The notes under the pieces were generated by a model that did not search any database, was not told the DNA's origin, and saw nothing but the letters and a program-made list of their open reading frames with translations. 64,000 bases of DNA, taken from NCBI RefSeq assembly GCF_006345805.1, contig NC_043004.1, forward strand, positions 100,378,001 to 100,442,000, written 5' to 3'. The DNA is from Octopus sinensis (Eukaryota). Made by a program: the position numbers and the translations under genes. Below, piece after piece: positions 52,731-64,000 of this stretch; position 1 is the first letter of the stretch, and each line of letters begins with the position of its first letter.

Positions 52731-53064
52731 CATCCCAAAGATGGAGCCTTATATCTTTTTTGGAAATCGGCTTCCTCCTCAGTGGAAGATTTATAATAAT
52801 TTAAAAATAGCAGAGATACACATCGAGGGAGGAAATGCAAATCTTTAATTCGTAAGCTACAAATGATCACGATATTTGAAATCTGAAAGGCCTTCTTAGG
52901 ATTGAAAGGATGATGATTAAAAAATGTTTTCTTTTACTACCTTACAACTAAGTAGGTAGATGGTCAAAATTTACTCTAAACATAAAAAGCGAAAGAGAAG
53001 AACATACATTATATAAATACATGCATACATACTTGCATACATGAATGCATATATAGATAGATTC

Positions 53065-53109
<45 letters not shown>

Positions 53110-53142
53110 GAGATAGATAGATATGAATGTATATGTTATAAA

Positions 53143-53185
<43 letters not shown>

Positions 53186-53254
53186 GTGTGTGTTGTGTGT
53201 GTGTATCTATATATATACACACACATATATACATATATATATGTATATATAAGC

Positions 53255-53285
<31 letters not shown>

Positions 53286-53334
53286 CATACAAAAATTCAT
53301 ACCTACCTGCACGTATACATACATATGTATATAC

Positions 53335-53402
<68 letters not shown>

Positions 53403-54354
53403 ATATGTATGTATGTTTGCACGTATGCATGCAAGTAGGTATGAATTTTTGTTTGTATGTATATATGTATACAGTTGAATGTGGACGCTTCGTTTTTACT
53501 TCACTATCCCCTCAAAGTACAATCATTACAGTATATATCTGCAAGTCACCCGAAAAGCATCCTTCAGGACACGGTAATTAACGCACCAGCGGAATATTGC
53601 CGTCTGGCATGGAGCTTGAAGGAATAGAAAAAGAAGCAACTTTTGCCATAAAATAATAAATATATATTCTGCTCAACGCATTGAAAGAAAATCTTTTCTT
53701 TCAATCCTTCATGTCAACTTGGCCACATCACTAGTTACAAGCACTGAATACATATACATATGCTCGTCTTTGTGTGTGTCTGTGTTTATTCAAAGAGTGA
53801 AAGCAAGAATGGAGAGGAAAGAGAGGGGCATATATGTTCGTGTTTCTCGGTGTGTATAAGTAGATGACATCAATATCCATTGCAAGATCCGAAAAGTCAA
53901 CGAGCTTCCAGATAGACATTATAACAGTGAGCCAGACAAATAACTATGTAGTCAGATAGACAGATATGTATATATACAAACGTGCATTGAAGCAGAGAGT
54001 GGGAAGTAATGGAATGTTTTCATAAACCTCCACCATTGCACCTGACATGGAATTCTTCGATCATCTTAGAAATAATTCACGAAGACATTCTACAAATTAT
54101 ATTAAATATTTAAGTGTATACGTCTTTATGTGTCTTAGTGTGTGTGTCTGGGTATACAATATAATGTACTCATACATACGCATGCGCAAGCACAGACGTT
54201 TGTACAGGCATATAAGTGTGCGCATACACTTGAATATATACGAACGTACACACGTATGCATGTGTATATATATGCAGTTATATGTAAGATTATATATTTA
54301 CATATATAATGTATATATATATATATATATATATAGATATATACATACATATAT

Positions 54355-54402
<48 letters not shown>

Positions 54403-54977
54403 TATATATATAATATATATATATAATATATATATATATAAAATTATATGCCTACGATTATATCACATGTTTATATCTGTGAGTACATGTATATGCATGA
54501 GTGCTTGTCAGTTAAGCTATATACATATCAACAAATAACTACATAGATATAAAATCGTAGGTATTTTGGGAGAAACGTGTGCATATATAGCATATGTAGT
54601 ATTGTGTGGATGTAGTATTGTGTGGATGTTTCTGTCTGGGGAGGGAAACAGGCATTTTGAAATATAATCAATATTGTACAACAAAAATGAAATATGGCAA
54701 TTTAACTGACGTCAATATTAATGTATCTACTGTTTGTCTGACATCAACTTAAAAGACTAAAATGTTTTACAAGTGCTTTTACCAGTATGACAGTTGTCAA
54801 CATCATGACATAATTAACATTAAGCAAATCGTGACGGATTAAATTCATGAATTTTGATATAGCTGCGAAGTTTTCGTAATTAATTTTACTTCTCTTTTAT
54901 ATTACGTGATAACATATATACTAATAAAAAGACTATTTTAGACATATCTCTATATCTATCTCTCAATTTATGAAAAG

Positions 54978-55018
<41 letters not shown>

Positions 55019-55072
55019 TATATATATACATATATATGTATGTACGTATATGTTTATGTGTGCGTATATACA

Positions 55073-55142
<70 letters not shown>

Positions 55143-55901
55143 ATATATATATACATATTTATATATTTAAATACGTGTATATCAATGAGTTAGTGTGCAT
55201 GTGTGTGTGTATATGTGCATCTATGTTTTTATAAATGTGTGGATCTGTGAGCATACATTTAATCTCTTCCAGATTATTATCCTTTATTATGTTTATTTTA
55301 ATTGGCTTCCAGGTTGGATGGAAAGTTTTAAAAGGAAGATAAAGATATGAAATAAAATAATTAATTGTTTTTTGTTCTTTTGCGCAAAAGTTTTACAGCT
55401 AAAACTTGTTTTGTATTTGTGATAATGATCAACTATAACAAATAAATTATGAAGTGAGGTTATTTTCAAGAGAATCTAACTCTATATTCATCTGCTTGGG
55501 TTGCTAAATATTTTATTATTCCCATAAGAAGGTGCATAAAACTGAAACTGTATGTTGTGTAAGGATTCTGCTGTTCCCCGACTTAATTAAAATTCTTGAG
55601 ACATTGTTTTAAATTTTGTGGGGATGAGAATTCTTTTGAATTATCCCTCAATATTTGACTAGTATTTATTTTATTGATTCTTAGATATAAGAAAGGAAGA
55701 TTGATCGTGATGGGATTTTCTTTTTATTATTAGCACGCCAAAGAAAATGCCTCGCGGCATTTTTCATAGCCTTACATTCTGAGTTCCAGTTCCGCCGATG
55801 TCAACTTTGCCTTTCATCCTCTCGATGTCAAGAAAAAAAAGTACCAGTTAATCGCTGGGGTCGAAGTAATTGACTTGCTTTCTTCCTATAAATCTGCTGG
55901 C

Positions 55902-56196
55902 CAGAATGCTAACTACTGGACTTGAACCAGCAACTACAAACTTATTCTTACTTGAATATCTCTACTTTGTGGCCCTAATAGAATTTTGAAATATTGTTTG
56001 GAGAAATCTGAAATGAACCAACTATATGGGTTCAGAAACCAGAAATTTTAGATACTGTGGTTTATTGTTATAACCCGATTTAAAAAAAAAAAAGAATGTA
56101 TCTTAGAATTCATGTTTCAACTGGTGTGAAACCGTAGCACAATATGACCTGTTGTATACTGGAATACAACTAATATTAAAGCAAGAATAAAAAAAA
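55902..56196 (+). repeat. ~295-bp direct repeat, copy 1
   Basis: Highly similar to 57768-58061; both end in an A-rich tract. Confidence 0.9.
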
Positions 56197-56589
56197 TTCT
56201 TCGTAGAATCATTTATGGTTCTCAAGATGACCTAAAGAAACCACTGCGTTCTTAATACATCCTGCATGTTCTTTACCTTCGCTTCTGTCTTTACAAATCA
56301 AAAACTTCTATATCTCTCGCAAAATATGTAACAAGCCATATAAATTTAAATGTTGAGGTAAACGGTTAACAATCTGAGATTGGTGACACATTTTAGTTTG
56401 TTTCTGTTTTGTATTTTATCGCCTCATTTTTTTTTGCTGTTACTTTATCGTGTAGTCGTCCACTTTATGTTTCTAAATATTTTTCTAGTTCAATTGTTGC
56501 TACTATATAGGAGTTCTCTATCTGTGTCAGGGCACGACCTCTATCTGAACGGGGTAGATATATTTTCTGTCTGTGTCTGCTTTGGGGTG

Positions 56590-57255
56590 GTGACTTCGGT
56601 ATGCTGTTGATACTTTCCTGTTTTTTTTATATAAGTTTCTCAATTCCCTAATCTTCCAATTTATTATGTTGAAGCTGTAATTTATGATTCGAATGGCTAG
56701 CATTTGTATCCTTATTATCCCATTTTTAACACTGAGTTCAGTGTTCGATATTATTCTAATTCTTCTGTGATATTCTCATTTAATTTCCTCTTTCATTTCT
56801 CTGTGTTGTATTTTAGCTATTTCATCTATTCCTAGATATTTGTATAGGCGAGTGTGGTCTAATTCACTGATTTCTGTGTGTTTGTCGAGTGTAGCGTTTT
56901 CAGTGTTGATTAATATGCATCTTCTCAATGTCACGTTCGTTCATTTGTCCACTCCCATTTGTTCATTCTGATATTCTTGCTGTAACTATGGACAATCTTT
57001 TGAAGGTATTTCTGTTTAGTTGTAATTTTAGTAAAACTTTTTAAGGCATCCATATATAGGAAATGATTTATAGTGTGTCCATAGCATCCGTAACCCATAG
57101 TGCTTTCTTTGAACAAGCTTCTTACTGGGGTCAAAGTAATGCAGAAAAGGTGCGAGGACAACGAGCCTCCTTGGAAAATTCGTCTTCTTACAGGTATAGG
57201 GCTAGTTCTAATGGTTTGTAACTCATCTTTCAGTGTTATGCTGTTTTCCAATGCA
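56590..57255 (-). mobile_element. R4/Dong-type RT remnant
   Basis: PIPVRRRIFQGGSLSSHLF...INHFLYMDALK. Confidence 0.75.
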
Positions 57256-57389
57256 TGATTGCATGGCTAGTATATTTTACTAATATTGGAGTTGTTTTAT
57301 TTGTGAGGAGAGACTCCAGTATCCATGAGTTAAGATCAGAAGCCACGAGAGTCACTGCTTGGTACTGCATCAGGGCAATATTATTATTA

Positions 57390-57458
<69 letters not shown>

Positions 57459-57767
57459 TATTATTATTATTATTATTAATTGTTTCTAATATAGGTACAA
57501 GACCGGAAATTTAAAGGTGGGAAATAGTCGTTTATATCAACTCTAGTATTTCACTAATACTTGATTAGTATTTTTTTCTGATTTCGGAATGGTCAAGTAT
57601 TCAAACCAAACACGGATTTGAAGTTAGAACTAAGTGAACATGACCAAATTTTGAGAACGATGTAAATGCGTATTCTCTACACGATATATCACCATTTCCA
57701 ATGTAGTTAGTTATACAGCATAGTTGACAACATATACTTTAAAAAGCCCTTTCACGGATAATAAAGG

Positions 57768-58061
57768 CAGAATGCTAACTACTGGACTTGAACCAGCGAC
57801 TACTAACTTATTCTTACTCGAATATCTCTACTTTGTGGCCCTAATAGAATTTTGAAATATTTTTGGAAAAATCTGAAATGAACCAGCTATATGGGTTCAG
57901 AAACCAGAACTTTTAGATACTGTGGTTTATTTTTATAACCCGATTTTTTTTTAAAAAGAATGTATCTTAGAATTTATATTTCAACTGGTGTGAAGCCGTA
58001 ACACAATATGACCTGTTGTATACTGGAATACAACTAATATTAAAGCAAGAATAAAAAAAAA
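57768..58061 (+). repeat. ~295-bp direct repeat, copy 2
   Basis: See 55902-56196. Confidence 0.9.
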
Positions 58062-58149
58062 TGTTAGATTATTCAGTTAATAATTCAAATTTTCTGCACT
58101 TTTTTCTTTCCCCATCAGATACTATCCTGGACACCATTATAAGCAGCGG

Positions 58150-59700
58150 ATGTAAATATTCATTATGTTTTGGCTATTCTCAAACTTCTCCTTCATACAC
58201 CAATTTATCTCCTCAAAAGTCTACCAGATAGTGAACTCGCATCAGACCATTTTATTTATTTTTTTCGCTATTTATCTTATATCATCTAATTTATACCGCT
58301 TAATCATAGAATCACATAAGCTAGAGATGAAAGTATATCCATCATTGGAAAATAACTTGCATACAAGAAAGTATAGAAGTTGTTGCTAAGTAACCATGTG
58401 TAGAAAATATTTTGGGATACATGGCGGAAATAACTTGCGGGTACACAGTTATAACAGTCATCGTTTTGCTTTAATGTGAGAAATAGCATCAACATGATCA
58501 TTCTTGTTCCTTTGAACCCAGTTATCTCCCGTGTTATTACATATTTCGTTTGGTCGGTGATTATTATGATTAGCTTTAGAACTAACACTAGAAGATTCTA
58601 TTTTAGAACTTTCACTTCTGATCGAGCGAATTATTATTTTACATTGTTTTTTTTTCTTTTTCCTATCTTGCATTATTATTATCATCATTCAGTAGTGTTA
58701 TTTTTACTTTATGTTTACATTGCACAACTGAGCGTAACTTTGTAGGACTTGGGTATGTGCAAGTGTGTTGCTTACAGTGTTGGATTCTCCATTGTACCGA
58801 TTGTAACTTCACGTAATAATATATGAAGTGCCAAGAGATGTTATTTCCTGTACGGTGTATTTATAGGTAACTTTACATAATAAGAAACTCAACGTAATAT
58901 GTATGCTGCTTTCAGTTTATTCGCTGATCTATAATCAAAGGTTTTTGAGGCAGGACTTTTGAAGTATCTAGAAATACATAATCCAATGTGTTCTTCCTTT
59001 TACTCTTTCATGACAACAAAGAATAATTTAAGGCCATCTGATCCTTATTTCTAGAAAATCAAGCAACCATCCTGATACTCATTACATTTTTCTGTATGCC
59101 ATTCATATTTGTAAGTTCTAGCATCTTCGGGAGCATCCTCGGGAGCATCCTGGGGAGCAACCTGGGAGCAACTTGGGATCTCCTTACGTTTTTCTATACG
59201 CTCTTCATATTTGTAAATATTTCTAAATGTTGTTAATGTTTGAACGTTCTAAATTTTTGTTCACAATTTACATTTTTCAATTAGTAATTTATATGACACC
59301 TATAATTATTAGGACTGTTTTTGTTCTCAAGCCCTATTTCGAGTTTTAGGGCCATCATTTTTCCATTTGATTTAGGGACACATTTTTCTCTATAAGTATT
59401 GATACCTCAATCAAAAAGTATTCTCTTTCTCTTTCCATGTAGTCTTTGGACATAATATCCAGCCGATTTTTGATATCGGTATGTGAAGATGTGTGTACAA
59501 GATTATAATTCGCCTATGCAGTGGGACCATACCTGGTGTTCGTTTATACTAACTCCTCTCTATCGGAATTTATAATTGTTATTATATATCAAAGCTGTTG
59601 TTTTGGTTTCGTTATAGTGATTATTGTTGTGGGTGCTAGTGTGAATGTTATTTTGAAAGTAATATTTCAAACGGTTTTAAACTCGTTGGCTTCAGCTGAA
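58150..59700 (-). mobile_element. Highly decayed 5' portion of an R4/Dong-type LINE
   Basis: Fragments resembling the N-terminal R..WT.E..WIMY motif, ISWH..YY and the region preceding NYRPI. Heavily mutated. Confidence 0.4.
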
Positions 59701-59726
59701 ATATTTTCCATTTTAATGTACCATAT

Positions 59727-60019
59727 GTGGAGGCACATGGCCTACTGGTTAAAGCAGCGGACTCGCGGTTGAGGGATCGTAGGTTCGAATCTCAGACCGG
59801 GAGATGTGTGTTTATGAGTGAAACACCTAAGCCCCATGCGGCTCCGGCAAAAGGTAATGGTGAACTTCTGCTGATTCTTTCGCCACAACTTTCACTCTTT
59901 CCTCCTGCATCTTGCAGCTCACCTGCGACGGATAGGTGGGGAACCTATACGCCAAGGAAACCCGGAAACCGGCCCTAATGAGCTAGGCGTGGCTCGAGAA
60001 GGAACAAACAATAAAACAG
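59727..60019 (+). mobile_element. SINE family C with 13-bp target-site duplication
   Basis: TAATGTACCATAT at 59714-59726 and 60020-60032. Confidence 0.9.
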
Positions 60020-60669
60020 TAATGTACCATATATTTTCTTAATTAGAGATGGCTCTCCAACGCTATTTTTTAAACTAAATTCAGATCTGAAGACACTAAC
60101 ATCCTCTACTTTACATTTCCATTTCTGCTTTCATGTACACAGATTTTCCTATCAGAAACAATGTCACTTTATGCACAGGACAAGGGACCGCTTCTGAGCC
60201 TTAAATATTGCCAAGTACAAATTTAGTTGACACATACGTAGATTCCTGTAAATTAAAAGCAGACTGTCTCAGCATAAACCGTTTTCAAAAAGTACACAAA
60301 ACTCAATAAAAGCCGGTATTTAATGATGAGAAGGGAATTATAAACGCAAAGCCATTCAGTAATAACTTAACCAATAAGATTCATTGCACGAAACGTTGTA
60401 ATTCTCTCCTCCCCTTCATCAACTTCTCGCCTCCTTTTCACAGCAGACTAACACTGATTATCACTTGCTACTGTATGTGAAATAGGCCTCCATCTTCGAT
60501 ACTGAAATAATTACTATATTCGTGAAACATTTCTCTTAATTCATGTCTTTCTTTAATGTTTCCAACCTAGACACACGCAGATACATCCATATGCATATAT
60601 GTATGTACATACATAGAACATACTCGCATATGCACACACACACACACACCACACCACACATACACTCAC

Positions 60670-60746
<77 letters not shown>

Positions 60747-61000
60747 ATACATATATATACATAAATATATGTACATATACATATATTTATATATATATAT
60801 ATATATAATATATATATATATACTTATATATATATATATACTTACATATATATATATACGTATATATACATATATATACTTACATATATATATACGTATA
60901 TATATATACATATATATATATATATACATACATATATATATTGTATGTATATATATATATGTATATATATATGTATATATATATGTATATATATATGTAA

Positions 61001-61068
<68 letters not shown>

Positions 61069-61409
61069 GAGAGAAAGAAAGAGATTCAGTACACCTAATA
61101 CATATTCGAGAAATCAGGTAAACAGAATTGAATTAAAAATTCTAATTCAATTTTATACTGTCTACTTTCAGATTCATTAGATTTACAATCCAATATATTC
61201 TCATTTAGATTATATTATGTTATAATTTTACTTATTAATCAAAGAGCTATTTTAATTCAACGATTGGTTTTACATAAACTTTTCTTTTTTTTTTTAATTG
61301 GAGAAAATTAAATGAAGATATATAATCTTCTGAATTATATCTTCATGCTTACTCACTCTTATGTATTCATTAGCTATATAATCCAATAATAATAATAATA
61401 ATAATAATA

Positions 61410-62042
61410 TAAACAATATATTCACTGGGTAATTTGCAAAAGCCTGGACTTGCTCCATAACAAAAACTGGTGGGAATACAAACCACCTCCAGTGCTTGAA
61501 AATGATCACATCTCACTCCTCTGGAACTCCACCATTCAAACTGAGAGAAAGATAGATGTGAATAGGCCAGACATCATATTGAAAGACTTCAGACAAAAAG
61601 CATACTTCCTCATTGATATGACTGCCCCAATCGATATAAACGTATCTGTCAAGATCTTGAAATGGAAATCAGCAAAATGTGGAGCCTAAAGACTAAAACA
61701 ATACCTGTTGTCACAGGTGCCCTGGGAATGATAGCAAAAGGGGCTCATTGCTACCTAACTCAGATACCAGGAAACCCCTAAAATGGCAGAAATTCAAAAG
61801 ATAGTGCTCATGGGAACTGCTCATATCCTACGCAAAATACTTTCTATGTAATCTCAAGTTTTAAAACAAACATAATTTTCGTATTGTTTTTTAGCCACTC
61901 ACTAGTACAACACTAAGTACAAAACCGAATGTATGGTACCCTACGCATAGCACTAACATCAACTTCCAACATGTTGTCTCTTGAGGTCTCTGGGTGAGGC
62001 TTGGAGCCAACTTGTACAAATGTAAAGCAAAGGTCAAACATA
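61410..62042 (+). mobile_element. R4/Dong-type 3' fragment between two (TAA)n tracts
   Basis: LLWNSTIQT...NRPDIILKD...FLIDMTAP and TIPVVTGALGMI...IQKIVLMGTAHILRK*. (TAA)n/(TGA)n at 62043-62140. Confidence 0.85.
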
Positions 62043-62062
62043 GAATAATAATAATAATAATA

Positions 62063-62116
<54 letters not shown>

Positions 62117-62329
62117 TGATGATGATGATGATGATGATAGCAAGAACAAAAAGGCATCGCATTCGTGGGCTCTTTTATAAGTTTTTCGAGGAATTTCTAC
62201 ACGTACACATACTAACAATCAAATATTCACACATGTATACTGCTTATTCCGAGTATTCTGATACGAACTAGGAACCCTGACTGGGTGGTGAGCGCATGTG
62301 TGTATATGTGTTTGTGTGTGACAGAGACA

Positions 62330-62376
<47 letters not shown>

Positions 62377-62868
62377 AGAGCTCTGTCTACAAAGAGATCG
62401 GGTCTTTTACGTTCAATTCAATACTGATACATTGCTCCAAAGTGTCTTTCTACATTTCAGTGCAGTCTAAATCCCGTTTTTAAATGTAGGTGCGCATTTC
62501 TTCTATCGAATTTCTGCACTTTCTTCTAAAGCATATGAGCTGTCTAAAGTATTCTCTGGAATAAAACACGACATCGACACAAAATTCGATTAGCAAAAGA
62601 AACATTGGGGCGAATGTACCAACATCCCTTTGTCAATGAAAATGACACCCACTTAATAACTAAAACACGGTGAAAAATATGTTTTGAAGGGAACATGACG
62701 TCACATACAAACAGGAAAATATGGTAAGGAGGTAAGCTATATTTACGGTGTGTGTAGGTGTATATATATGTGTATTTACGTATGAGAAATAGTGAGAGAA
62801 ATAATGAAATAACAGACATACATGCAAACACACAATAATATGTAAATGTCCAAGCAAGTATATATGTG

Positions 62869-62907
<39 letters not shown>

Positions 62908-63302
62908 TATTAATGTCAAAGGGTAATCAGAAATATTTGAAACTTCCATTGCCAGTGGCCTAACGTGTAAAAGTTTAGTCAATAGACTATATATTATTCA
63001 TATAAATACAGTGTACATTTAAACACATAAGAGGCATCCATCATAGGACACTTTGCACACTAGAGAGGACAGTTAAATTCCAAACCATTATTAGGGATAA
63101 AATTTCGAAGGGAATGAAATATTAAAACATTTACCTTCTAAGTCCTGAACCAATGGTTTCAGAATTTTTAGCGAATAAAATGATTTGCTAGGCGAAATCT
63201 TCTTCAGCAGGTATACCTTAGATTAAATATATATACACGAGGCAATCCAGTATATGCCCCGTGCTTATACATTCTAATTTTTGAAATCTACACTGTACTT
63301 AC

Positions 63303-63326
63303 ATATATTGAAGCCCCTCGAGAATA
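63303..63326 (-). CDS. Candidate 24-nt micro-exon
   Basis: gtttttttttcttaaaaagaacag|TATTCTCGAGGGGCTTCAATATAT|gtaagt. Open in all phases. Confidence 0.3.
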
Positions 63327-63426
63327 CTGTTCTTTTTAAGAAAAAAAACACAAATGAGATAATGAACCCCATACATTAACATCAATTGAGGCGCTAAGCT
63401 TCTTACCACACAGCCACTCCTGCGCC

Positions 63427-63616
<190 letters not shown>

Positions 63617-63619
63617 ATG

Positions 63620-63751
63620 ATAAAAGGCTTCCAAATAAGGAAGCGTAGTGCTAGAAACACAAAGGGTAAATGTTTTTATTTTCATTCCTTTCATGAATTT
63701 ATCCCTTTTTGTGTTTCTAGCACTACGCTTCCTTATTTGGAAGTCTTTTAT
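63620..63751. repeat. 132-bp foldback (MITE-like) element
   Basis: Arms 63620-63663 and 63708-63751 are complementary except for one G-T pair. Adjacent to (TA)n. Confidence 0.85.
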
Positions 63752-63849
63752 TATATTTCTATACGAAAAATATATAGTCTAATGACTAATTCGTCTTTTG
63801 TGCTAGGCCACTGGTAATAATAATTTATTTTATTACCCTGTTTGATTAT

Positions 63850-63888
<39 letters not shown>

Positions 63889-64000
63889 CATAGCCTTGCG
63901 TAGCATGTACTATGCAATTATATATAGACATACTCATGCGCGTGCAAATATAAACACTCAAACACATGAATGACACTTTATTAAAGATAATAAATATTAA

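Overview
Repeat-rich, AT-rich animal genomic DNA with no long intact host ORF. It is most likely an octopus (inferred from the tRNA-derived SINE families and the dense (AT)n/(GT)n/(TAA)n microsatellites), and has a 100-N gap at 37325-37424. Most ORFs in the track are microsatellite artefacts. Recognisable content: a Penelope-like element (RT + GIY-YIG, minus, ~2.5-5.6 kb); a near full-length but frameshifted R4/Dong-type RLE LINE (~12.9-16.9 kb) plus several R4/Dong fragments; L1/Tx1, RTE and other LINE remnants; a TIR-bounded mariner nested in an R4 remnant; and at least three SINE families. Two signals stand out. First, hammerhead-ribozyme motifs occur in short dispersed repeats: ordinary minimal type I motifs, plus two unrelated repeat families (two copies each) whose hammerhead segments lie in a non-circularly permuted order. 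One of these sits in a ~814-bp unit whose two copies are permuted relative to each other. Second, a chain of 12-39 nt, phase-1 symmetric candidate micro-exons runs along the minus strand (43.4 to 24.5 kb) with hints of tandem paralogues. All alignments and folds were done by eye and need computational and experimental confirmation.
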